Shown here: positions 27,699 to 38,555 of the stretch, one piece after another | Layout of the letters: every line of letters starts with the position of its first letter | Numbering within the stretch: position 1 is the stretch's first letter | DNA from: an uncultured Coriobacteriaceae bacterium | Lineage (GTDB): Bacteria > Actinomycetota > Coriobacteriia > Coriobacteriales > Atopobiaceae | Length of the DNA stretch: 64,000 bases | Direction of reading: 5' to 3' | Assembly: GCA_900552935.1 (NCBI GenBank) | Contig: USBN01000004.1 | Location: 3,114-67,113, forward strand | Notes under the pieces: generated by a model | Seen by the model: only the letters and a program-made list of their open reading frames with translations | Database searches by the model: none | What the model was told of the DNA's origin: nothing | Position numbers and translations under genes: made by a program

Positions 27699-29915
27699 AT
27701 GGAATCGCTGTATCGCAAATATCGTCCGCAGACGTTTGAGCAGGTAGTCGGCCAGGCGCACGTGGTCTCTACGCTCGAGCGCGCCGTGTGCGAGGGCCGC
27801 ACGAGCCATGCGTACCTCTTCTGCGGCCCGCGCGGCACTGGCAAGACTACCATGGCCCGCATCCTTGCGAAGGCCCTCATGTGCGAGCAGGGCGAGGGCC
27901 ACCTGCCGGATGGCACCTGCGAGGAGTGCCGCCTCATCGCCGCCGGCGAGCACCCGGATGTCTACGAGCTCGACGCGGCAAGCCGCACGGGCGTCGACAA
28001 CGTGCGCGAGGAGATCATCAACCGCGTCGACTATGCGCCGGTGCGTGGCCGCTACAAGGTCTACATCATCGACGAGGTCCACATGCTGACGCCCGCGGCG
28101 TTTAACGCGCTGCTCAAGACGCTCGAGGAGCCGCCGGCGCACGTCGCCTTCATCATGTGCACGACGGATCCGCAGAAGATCCTCGCCACCATTCTCTCGC
28201 GCGTGCAACGCTTCGACTTCCACTCCATCGCGCCGGACGAGATGCACGACCACCTCGTTGACGTGTGCGAGAAGGAGGGCTTCACCTTCGATGACGAAGC
28301 GCTCGACATCGTCGTGCGTCATGCTCGCGGAGGCATGCGTGATGCGCTCTCCGCGCTCGAGCAACTTTCTGTCTTTGGCGCGGGAGATGTGAGTGCCGAG
28401 GCCGCGCGCGATCTTCTCGGCGAGGCAAGCGGCTCCGCGCTCTCCGGCGTGTCCCTGGCGCTTGCGAACCGCGACGTCCCCGCGCTCTTCTCCGAGGTGG
28501 CGGAGCTCGTCAACAACGGCGGAGACCTCCTGCAGTTCACGCGCGAGCTCGCGAGCCGCGTGCGCGATGACTACGTGGTGAGTGTTGCCGGTGCCAAGCC
28601 GGGCGTGGTGAACGCGTCCGACGAGGCCTTGGCCGAGCTTGCGGAGGAGGCGGCGGCGTATGGCAGCAGTGACCGCCTCGCGCGCGTGCTTACCGTGCTC
28701 GGCGATGCGGCGAGCGAGATGCGCACCGCCGTCAACCAGCGCCTTGTTCTCGAGATTGCCCTAACTCGCTGCGCGAGGCCCGAGAGTGACCTCACGCTCG
28801 AAGCTCTGGCCGAGCGCATCGAGCGCCTCGAGCGCGGGGGAGTGGCGGTGGCCCCCGCCGTCGGTGCGTCCACGCCCGCGGCAGCGTCTGTGGCTGCGCC
28901 GATGCCCGCCCCCGCGGCTGCGCCTGCGGCTACGGCTGCGGCACCGAAGCCGTTTACGCCGCCACCCCTGCCTCGCCGCAAGCCCGCGGCGACTTCCGCT
29001 GCCAAGCCCGCGGCGGCCCCGGCTCCCGCGTCCAAGCCCGTGACCCCCCCGGCGCCCGCGCCGAAGTCCGTGACTGCCCCGGCTCCCGCGCCTGCCCCGG
29101 CTCCCGCGCCCACTTCGTCGGTCGCTGCTGGCAATCTCCAGCGCACGTGGAAGGGCGTCGTTGATGGCATCGTCAAGAGCAACCCCTCGTGCGGTGGGTT
29201 GCTGCTTAACGTGACCGCGCTGTCTGATGACGGCTCGACCTTGACGCTTGGCCTGCCCGCGGGCGGTTCTTTCGTCCGTCTGATGCTCGGCCGCGCAGAC
29301 GTGAAGGCGATTCTCGATGCCGCCGTGACGGCCGCCTTTGGCTCTCGCCAGATTGCGCTCGTCGGCTCCGAGGCACCTGCCGCGTCTGAGCCCAAACCTG
29401 CCCCGGCCGCCGTTGTCGCGCCCAAGCCCGCTCCGGCTCCTGCCACCGTTGCAGTCCCCGCGCCGGTGTCCGCCACGCCAGCCCCCGCGCCCGAACCGGC
29501 GCCCGCGGAGAACCCCGTGCCAGTCTCCACACCAGCCCCTGCGCCGGCGCCCGCCGCGCCGGCCCCCGCGCCCGCGCCGGCGCCAGCCTCGGCGTCCGCG
29601 TTCGAGGAAGACGAGCCGCCCTATGACGACTACGTTCCCTATGACGACGAGGATGCCTTCGCTCCTGGCGACAAGGATTCCGTGCCCGCGGATCTTGGCG
29701 CCGACCCGAGCGAGCCCGAGGCGCCCGCTGCCCCCGCGTCCGCGACTGCCGAGTCGGCTCCCGCGGCTTCCGCACCCTCGCTTTCCGTTCCTCCCGCGGC
29801 TTCCGCTGCCGCGGGATCGTCTGACCCCATCACCTCCGAGGCAGAGCTTCGCTCCGCGATGATGGACATCTTCGGAGCCGGAACCAAGATCGACCATGTT
29901 GAGAGCGACGCCTAG
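27699..29915 (+). CDS. dnaX: DNA polymerase III subunit gamma/tau
   Basis: LYRKYRP, GPRGTGKTT, IIDEVHML and FNALLKTLEEPP motifs; followed by ybaB-recR. Confidence 0.96.
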   Translation: MESLYRKYRPQTFEQVVGQAHVVSTLERAVCEGRTSHAYLFCGPRGTGKTTMARILAKALMCEQGEGHLPDGTCEECRLIAAGEHPDVYELDAASRTGVDNVREEIINRVDYAPVRGRYKVYIIDEVHMLTPAAFNALLKTLEEPPAHVAFIMCTTDPQKILATILSRVQRFDFHSIAPDEMHDHLVDVCEKEGFTFDDEALDIVVRHARGGMRDALSALEQLSVFGAGDVSAEAARDLLGEASGSALSGVSLALANRDVPALFSEVAELVNNGGDLLQFTRELASRVRDDYVVSVAGAKPGVVNASDEALAELAEEAAAYGSSDRLARVLTVLGDAASEMRTAVNQRLVLEIALTRCARPESDLTLEALAERIERLERGGVAVAPAVGASTPAAASVAAPMPAPAAAPAATAAAPKPFTPPPLPRRKPAATSAAKPAAAPAPASKPVTPPAPAPKSVTAPAPAPAPAPAPTSSVAAGNLQRTWKGVVDGIVKSNPSCGGLLLNVTALSDDGSTLTLGLPAGGSFVRLMLGRADVKAILDAAVTAAFGSRQIALVGSEAPAASEPKPAPAAVVAPKPAPAPATVAVPAPVSATPAPAPEPAPAENPVPVSTPAPAPAPAAPAPAPAPAPASASAFEEDEPPYDDYVPYDDEDAFAPGDKDSVPADLGADPSEPEAPAAPASATAESAPAASAPSLSVPPAASAAAGSSDPITSEAELRSAMMDIFGAGTKIDHVESDA

Positions 29916-29997
29916 GCCGGATGGCACGCCGGGCCCTCAGCGGGTAAAGTAGAAGAGTTACCAAAGCCGTTTTTCGGCGATAGACGAAGGAGCCCCC

Positions 29998-30321
29998 ATG
30001 GCCCAGATGAATATGCAGCAGATGATGAAGCAGGCACGCAAGATGCAGGAGCAGCTTGCTGCCGCGCAGGAGAAGCTCAAGGACCTCGAGGTCTCCTCCT
30101 CCACCGGTGGCGGCATGGTTAAGGTCGTCGCCACTGGCGAGATGCAGATTAAGTCCATCGAGATCAGCCCCGACGCCTGCGATCCCGAGGACGTCGAGCT
30201 TCTCCAGGATATGGTCCTCGCTGCCGTTAATGAGGCCCTTTCCAGCGCCCAGGAGGCTGCCGGCTCTCAGATGAGTGCCGCCACCGGTCTTGGCGGCATG
30301 AACATTCCGGGGCTCTTCTAA
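29998..30321 (+). CDS. ybaB: YbaB/EbfC nucleoid-associated protein
   Basis: MMKQARKMQ, GGGMVKV and DPEDVELLQD; lies between dnaX and recR. Confidence 0.95.
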   Translation: MAQMNMQQMMKQARKMQEQLAAAQEKLKDLEVSSSTGGGMVKVVATGEMQIKSIEISPDACDPEDVELLQDMVLAAVNEALSSAQEAAGSQMSAATGLGGMNIPGLF

Positions 30322-30324
30322 CCT

Positions 30325-30969
30325 ATGCCCTACGACCAAATCGGCGCCCAGGGAGAGCCCTTCGGCGCCTCGCGCAATGATGGCCGCGCCTTGCGTCGCC
30401 TGCTCGACGAGCTTGGTCGCCTGCCGGGCATTGGACCTAAGAGCGCCCAGCGCATTGCCTATCACATCCTCGGCGCTGATGCCGAGGATGCTCGTAGGCT
30501 TGCGCAGGCGATCCTCGATGTCAAGCAGCAGGTTCACTTCTGCCCGGTCTGCTTCAGCTACGCGACGCGCGAGCGCTGCGACGTCTGCGAGGACCCGGGT
30601 CGCGACCAGACCTCGATTTGCGTGGTCTCGGAGCCCCGTGACGTTTCGGCCATCGAAAGGACCGGCGCGTTCCATGGCCTGTATCACGTCCTCGGCGGCG
30701 TTATTTCGCCCATGGATAAGATCGGGCCAGAGCAGCTTCATGTGCGTGAGCTTCTCTCGCGCCTGGCTGATGGCACCGTCACCGAGGTCATCCTCGCGAC
30801 GAATCCGGACGTCGAGGGCGAGACCACGGCTACGTACTTGTCGCGTACGATCAAGCCGCTCGGCGTGCACGTGACGCGCCTCGCGAGTGGTCTTCCGGTT
30901 GGTGGAGACCTTGAGTATGCGGACGAGGTCACGCTGGGGCGTGCGATTGAGGCCCGCAGAGAGCTGTAG
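30325..30969 (+). CDS. recR: Recombination mediator RecR
   Basis: [11 protein letters not shown]hH, C4 zinc finger, and Toprim motif [12 protein letters not shown]. Confidence 0.97.
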   Translation: MPYDQIGAQGEPFGASRNDGRALRRLLDELGRLPGIGPKSAQRIAYHILGADAEDARRLAQAILDVKQQVHFCPVCFSYATRERCDVCEDPGRDQTSICVVSEPRDVSAIERTGAFHGLYHVLGGVISPMDKIGPEQLHVRELLSRLADGTVTEVILATNPDVEGETTATYLSRTIKPLGVHVTRLASGLPVGGDLEYADEVTLGRAIEARREL

Positions 30970-31028
30970 AATTTCGTCGTCAGCGGAGGCGGACGTTTCG
31001 CCCGTCTGCCGCGCGCGACAAAGGGGGA

Positions 31029-32087
31029 ATGGCGATGTCAGCAAAGCGCTTCAAACAGCCAGATCAGGGTCAGCCCCAGCGGGCCGCGTCCGCGCCTGGC
31101 CAGCGCCCCGTTTCTGGACACCACATGGGCGCGCATGCCGCCACGCCGCGACCGGCGGATCGGGTTCCTCCGGTGTCGGGGTATTCCACGCCTGTACGTA
31201 CTCAGGCTGCATCCGCGCCCGCCGCGGCCCATCGTCAGGGCTCTGCGCCGGCTCGCGCCAGGGGCTCCCGCTTTGCGGACGCAACCCGCGCGACCGCCTC
31301 TTCCCACCAGTTCGCCCATCTCGGGGGCACTACGGACCTTGGCGTTGCCGCCGGTCAGGTTCCCGTCACCGTGTCTGACGACGGGGCCGGCTCCTATTCG
31401 GGCGACGACGCGCCGCGTCCCATTGACGTCGACCCCGCGGCAACGGGCTCCTTTAATACGATCCGTCGCGGTCAGGGTGCCGTCGTCTCTACGCGCGAGA
31501 CCGCAGGTCGTGCTGCCGCTGCCGCTCGCAGGTCTCTTCCCAAGGAGGCGCGACGCGGTCAGGGCACGCGCCAGCGCTCGGCAAAGGCCCCGCTTCCGGT
31601 TCTTGTCGGTATTGGCGTTGCCGCGCTCGTGGTAGTCGTCCTTCTCGTCATGCTCGTCACGTCGCTCCTGGGTGGCTCCTCCAAACAGGCTTCTGGTGAC
31701 GCCACGACCGCTCCCGCCGAGACGGTCGTTTCTGCGCAGGAGGGCATCGAGCTTGGTGCTTACACCTATTCCACGAGCCAGGGCGATCAGGGCTGGGAGC
31801 TTGTCCGCAGCTCGAGCAGCGGGGAGACCGCGGTGGTAGCGGCGCTTTCGGGCACCCCCGCCTCCGTCTGCCTATATCAGGGCACGCTTTATATTCCGGA
31901 GAACCTGCCCGACGGCACGTGGGACATCATTTGCTATCTTCCCGCTGATGGCTCGACCGCTTCCCAGCTGCTTGGCGACGACGGCCAACCCGTCGTTGGC
32001 TCGGGCACGGTGACAAGCGCCGTGGTTCAGGGCGGGTCGCTTGCGCTTTCCGGCGATGGCGTCTCGCAATCCGTGCCTCTTAGCTAG
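31029..32087 (+). CDS. Hypothetical single-pass membrane protein
   Basis: Disordered N-terminus, one TM helix, beta-rich C-terminal domain; RBS-like AGGGGG. Confidence 0.7.
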   Translation: MAMSAKRFKQPDQGQPQRAASAPGQRPVSGHHMGAHAATPRPADRVPPVSGYSTPVRTQAASAPAAAHRQGSAPARARGSRFADATRATASSHQFAHLGGTTDLGVAAGQVPVTVSDDGAGSYSGDDAPRPIDVDPAATGSFNTIRRGQGAVVSTRETAGRAAAAARRSLPKEARRGQGTRQRSAKAPLPVLVGIGVAALVVVVLLVMLVTSLLGGSSKQASGDATTAPAETVVSAQEGIELGAYTYSTSQGDQGWELVRSSSSGETAVVAALSGTPASVCLYQGTLYIPENLPDGTWDIICYLPADGSTASQLLGDDGQPVVGSGTVTSAVVQGGSLALSGDGVSQSVPLS

Positions 32088-32224
32088 AAGAAGCGAGCGA
32101 TATCCCTGGCAGATTGCTTGCGCTGGAGTATGTTGCGTCTTTGTCAAAAACTGGCAAAGAAATTTGAAAAAGCTACTAGACAGGGCTAGAGAGTTTCCTG
32201 TACTATAGCTCTCGCACCTGACAC

Positions 32225-32301
<77 letters not shown>

Positions 32302-32340
32302 TTGGATGTTCGAAGGGTCCTGGTTCACGCCAGGGCCCTT

Positions 32341-32547
32341 TTTGTTTTGGGCGAGCGGGCCTCCTCATGTGGCGAGCCGCCCGGGCCGCGTGCCTCTTTG
32401 TTGGCCGAGTGGACCTCTCATTCGGTAGGCCATTCAGGCCGCGTGTCCCTCTGCCCGGCCGCGTGCCCTCCCTGCCCGGCCGCGTGCCCCTTTGTTGGCT
32501 GAGTGAGCCTCTCATTCGTCGAGTCGCTCGGGCCGCGCGTCTCTTTG
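32341..32547. repeat. Degenerate ~55-bp tandem repeat (3 units) with nested ~20-bp subrepeats
   Basis: Units begin TTTGTT(TT)GG at 32341, 32397 and 32491 and share CTCAT...GGCCGCG; TGCCCGGCCGCGTGCCC occurs twice between units 2 and 3. Confidence 0.7.
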
Positions 32548-32733
32548 CCTGGATGACCCTGTGCCATTCCGCCTCTGTCGCTGGAACCGAGCTGCTTGCT
32601 AAACCTGCTGTCCCTCGAGGGCGAGACCACTCCCTTAGTTGCGCCGCCGTTACCAAGGGCCCACAAAACGTCATGCGACTGGTCGCATTTGCTAAAATTG
32701 CTAGGTCGCACTCACATTTCACGGGGGTGATTA

Positions 32734-33426
32734 ATGGTGACTGCGCCGACGCAAACAATGGGCCCAGCTCGCCTCGCCGTCTTTGACTATGACGGGACGA
32801 TTCTGGGCGGTCAGTCGGGTGCTCTCTTTTCGCGCTATCTGCTTTCGAACGGGCTTGTGACGAAACGTACCGCGCTGCGCCTGTTCTGGTGGGGGGTGCG
32901 CTATAAGCTTCATCTGCCGTTTCGTCAGGATGAAGCTCGCGAGCTGATCTTCCGCGACCTCGGGGCCCATGGCTACGATTACGCCACGCGGGTCATGCGG
33001 GATTTCTCGCATGAGGTTCTCAAGCCGCGCGAGCGGGCTGCCGCCAAGGCGGAGATTCGTCGTCGAGCCGACGAGGGCTGCGCCACCGTGCTTGTCTCCG
33101 CGACGTTCTTCGAGATCGCCCGTCTTGCGGCAGAACGCCTGGGTATTGACGGCGTTGCCGCCACGCGCATGGAGCGCGACGCCGATGGTGCTTATACCGG
33201 CAAGGTTGAGGGCGAGGTCGTCGCGGGTGCGGGGAAGGTCCGGGCTGTCGTCGCTTGGGCAGAGGAGCGCTTCGGCCACGACTGGTCGATCGCCTACGCC
33301 TATGGCGATCACTTCACTGACGAGCCTCTGCTTGAGCTGGCAGACATGCCTTACGCGGTCTGCCCGGGGACCACGCTCTCGCGCATTGCGAAGAGGCGCG
33401 GCTGGCAGAGTTTGAACTGGAGGTAG
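32734..33426 (+). CDS. HAD-IB-family hydrolase
   Basis: FDYDGT, LVSAT and AYGDHFTD motifs. Confidence 0.9.
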   Translation: MVTAPTQTMGPARLAVFDYDGTILGGQSGALFSRYLLSNGLVTKRTALRLFWWGVRYKLHLPFRQDEARELIFRDLGAHGYDYATRVMRDFSHEVLKPRERAAAKAEIRRRADEGCATVLVSATFFEIARLAAERLGIDGVAATRMERDADGAYTGKVEGEVVAGAGKVRAVVAWAEERFGHDWSIAYAYGDHFTDEPLLELADMPYAVCPGTTLSRIAKRRGWQSLNWR

Positions 33427-33428
33427 CC

Positions 33429-33899
33429 TTGGATATCTCGAGAAAGACGGATTATGCCCTGCGCATGCTCGCAGAGCTCGTCCGCGAGCCTTCCGGGGTC
33501 GTTTCCGTTCGTTCCGCGGCAGACCAGAACAACGTGCCTTACTCCTTCGCGCGCTCGATTCAGCGCGATCTCGTTCAGGCTGGCGTCATAGAAAGCATTC
33601 GCGGTTCTCGCGGTGGCATGCGTCTCGTAGCTGACCCGTCGACCGTCACCCTGCTCGATGTCGTCGAGGCCGTGCAGGGCCCGCTTGCGATTTCCGGCTG
33701 TGCTGCGGCTGGTCCGGATGGGGGAGAGTGCCCGCGCGCCATCGCCTGCGGATACAATCCCATTTGGAGGGGCGCACAGGAGCTGCTCGATAGCTATCTT
33801 TCGTCGGTGACGCTTGCCGAGGCGGTTTCCGGCCGCGCGCGTCCCGTCGTGGACGTCCGCTTCACCCATCCCGGCGAGTCTGGCGTGGCACATCGATGA
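33429..33899 (+). CDS. Rrf2-family transcriptional regulator with three Cys
   Basis: ISRKTDYALR, SIRGSRGG and C-x9-C-x5-C; TTG start. Confidence 0.9.
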   Translation: MDISRKTDYALRMLAELVREPSGVVSVRSAADQNNVPYSFARSIQRDLVQAGVIESIRGSRGGMRLVADPSTVTLLDVVEAVQGPLAISGCAAAGPDGGECPRAIACGYNPIWRGAQELLDSYLSSVTLAEAVSGRARPVVDVRFTHPGESGVAHR

Positions 33900-34774
33900 G
33901 CGAGGGTATCGAAGCCTTCCGCGAACGCGTCTATCTTGCGGGTCGCGAGTTGTATCGTGATCTCCCCTGGCGTCGCACACATGACCCCTATGAGATTTGG
34001 GTCTCCGAGGCAATGCTTCAGCAAACGCAGGTCTCTCGCGTTGACGGGAGATGGCAGTCCTGGCTCGACCGATTCCCCTCGGTCGACGCGCTTGCCGCCG
34101 CTACCTCGGCAGACGTGCTTGCCGAGTGGCAGGGCTTGGGCTATAACCGTCGCGCCCTCGCGCTCTGGCGCGCTGCGCGGGAGATTTGCGAGCGCCACGC
34201 GGGCGTTATGCCCTACGACGAGGCCGCCCTCAAGGCGCTCCCGGGGATTGGTCCCGCGACGGCTGCCGGCATTCGTGCCTTCGCGTTCGACTTGTCCGGC
34301 GTCTACCTCGAGACAAACGTGCGCGCGGTCTTTCTCCATGAGCTCTTTCCCGACGCCGAGGGCGTGCCGGATTCTGCCCTTCGGCCGCTTGTGGCCGAGG
34401 CGTGTCCCGACGACCCGCTGGCAATCGCCGGTGCTGACGTGCCGTGTTCGCCACGTACCTGGTATTACGCGCTGCTCGACTATGGCGCGCACCTCAAGCG
34501 AACCTTACCCAACCCATCCCGCCGCTCCCGCGAGAACGTGAGGCAGTCGCGTTTTGAGGGGTCGCATCGCCAGAAGCGCGCCGTCCTCGTGAGGCTGTTG
34601 CTTGCCGCGGGCATTGAGGGGGTCTCTGTCGCCGACGCCGCTCTCGAGCTTACGGAATTCGAGGCCAAGGCGGGGCGTGCCGCCGTTACTGAGGCTGCCG
34701 CCTCGGGCATTCTCGAGGAGCTTGCCGCCGAGGGCTTCTGCCATGAGGTGGCTTCGGAGTGTTGGGTCGTTTAG
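33896..34774 (+). CDS. MutY-like HhH-GPD DNA glycosylase lacking the 4Fe-4S motif
   Basis: RDLPWR, SEAMLQQTQV, WQGLGY and LPGIGPATA motifs; no CX6CX2CX5C. Confidence 0.85.
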   Translation: MSEGIEAFRERVYLAGRELYRDLPWRRTHDPYEIWVSEAMLQQTQVSRVDGRWQSWLDRFPSVDALAAATSADVLAEWQGLGYNRRALALWRAAREICERHAGVMPYDEAALKALPGIGPATAAGIRAFAFDLSGVYLETNVRAVFLHELFPDAEGVPDSALRPLVAEACPDDPLAIAGADVPCSPRTWYYALLDYGAHLKRTLPNPSRRSRENVRQSRFEGSHRQKRAVLVRLLLAAGIEGVSVADAALELTEFEAKAGRAAVTEAAASGILEELAAEGFCHEVASECWVV

Positions 34775-35023
34775 CTGCGATCTTGCCATCGCAAACAGGG
34801 GTCTTACCGCTGGTGCCGCGTTGCCCTGGCGGTGTGCGGGCGTTTGCGTTTTCACATGCGAGCGCTTGCCGCCTGCGTGCGCGGCCGGCTGGCGCTTTCG
34901 CGTGATGCGCGTGACGTGTTGATTGCTCGACCGTGCGTATTGCTCCCACGCCTGGGGTAGAAGAGCTGTGGTTCGATTGGGGCGTCGCCTGGGATTGCGG
35001 CGCGCAAGAGAGAGGAAGTCGCC

Positions 35024-35635
35024 ATGGCTACCAACTTTGCCGATTCGAAGACCAAGAAGAACCTCGAGGCCGCTTTTGCTGGTGAGTCTCAGGCATCGAT
35101 GAAGTATGGCTACTATGCCAAGGCCGCCAAGAAGGAGGGCTACGTCCAGATCGGTCAGATTTTCTCCGAGACGGCCGGCAACGAAGCCGAGCATGCCAAG
35201 TTGTGGTTCAAGTACCTGCACGATGGTGATGTACCCGACACGCTCACTAACTTGAAGGATGCCGCCGAGGGCGAGAACGGCGAGTGGACGAGCATGTATC
35301 CCGAGTTTGCGAAGGTCGCTCGCGAGGAGGGCTTCGACGAGATCGCCGATCGTTTCGAAAGCGTCGCTGGTATCGAGCGTACGCACGAGGAGCGCTATCG
35401 CAAGCTCGCCGATCGCGTCGAGAACGGCGAGGTGTTCAAGCGCGAGGGCGTTAAGGTCTGGAAGTGCTCCAACTGCGGCTATCTGTATGAGGGTGACGCC
35501 GCGCCCAAGGTCTGCCCGGTTTGCAAGCATCCACAGGCCTACTTCGAGGAGCAGGCGACCAACTACTGGGCGCGTGGCCAAGGCCGAGTACATATCCGAG
35601 CAGCCTCGAGTGATGTCACGAAAACACACAAGTGA
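35024..35635 (+). CDS. rbr: Rubrerythrin
   Basis: AFAGESQA, ExxH diiron motifs and a CSNCG...CPVC rubredoxin domain; terminator at about 35718-35751. Confidence 0.95.
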   Translation: MATNFADSKTKKNLEAAFAGESQASMKYGYYAKAAKKEGYVQIGQIFSETAGNEAEHAKLWFKYLHDGDVPDTLTNLKDAAEGENGEWTSMYPEFAKVAREEGFDEIADRFESVAGIERTHEERYRKLADRVENGEVFKREGVKVWKCSNCGYLYEGDAAPKVCPVCKHPQAYFEEQATNYWARGQGRVHIRAASSDVTKTHK

Positions 35636-35754
35636 AATCGAGGCGTGGCCGGCATATCCGCTCGCGATCAACGAAGAAACGCGCGAAAAGTCAAGATTCG
35701 CATAGCTCGATCGCGCGGAGGAGCGTCCCAATTGGGGCGCTCCTCTTTTTTGTG

Positions 35755-35880
35755 CGCCAAGTAGGGGGCTAATCGGCTTCCTGCCGAGTAGACGCCTTTT
35801 TTGTCCCGCAAAAGCCGAGGTCGCTGAGAGCTCTTGAGTGGCCTTACTCGAGCTCGGGCGATTTAGCCCCCTACTTGGCG
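35755..35880. repeat. 126-bp non-coding element with 18-bp perfect terminal inverted repeats (MITE-like)
   Basis: CGCCAAGTAGGGGGCTAA (35755-35772) / TTAGCCCCCTACTTGGCG (35863-35880). Confidence 0.7.
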
Positions 35881-36242
35881 ACTTTTTCGAGTCGCGGCCT
35901 TTCTCGAGAGGATCCGCACCTCACTTCCGAAAGCGGGAGCTAAATGTTTAGGTCTAAAACAAAGCAAAACCTATTTCATATAACGGCAGCTCGCAGGCCT
36001 GCTTTGTGCTACACCTTAAAAATGTGCACGAAATGTGAACCGCCCATCATTGAACCACGCCCGCTTACCGAAGCTTTTCATTCGCCGGCGCTCCTAGGGA
36101 TGCGGGCGGGCATAAAGTGGAGGTGTCCCACCGAGCCTGGGGTCATACGTTCGCGAATCAACCGGTTTTACGCCGGGGCTGCACTTGCGATATCGCCTGG
36201 CTTCGCTGGCGTGTGGGAGAGGGTTGAAGAAGGGGGATTCGA

Positions 36243-38465
<2,223 letters not shown>

Positions 38466-38555
38466 ACGCCTGCTAACAAGTGTCTGTCGAGGCCAAGCTG
38501 GGCTGACAGACGCGTAACAGCACCAAAGAAGAGCTAGATCGTTAGGAGCACGTAC

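Noticed and set aside
28850..29820. Pro/Ala low-complexity repeats in dnaX; possible gamma/tau frameshift
   Set aside because: Ordinary flexible linkers; I saw no A-run slippery site in this stretch.
32341..32547. Possible CRISPR array (also considered for 7470-7531 and 58725-58795)
   Set aside because: Repeats are degenerate and few, lack properly sized unique spacers, and there are no cas genes in the window.
36030..36242. 6S-like RNA or riboswitch upstream of glgB
   Set aside because: Only short scattered stems (GCCCGC/GCGGGC); no convincing central-bubble structure or aptamer motif.
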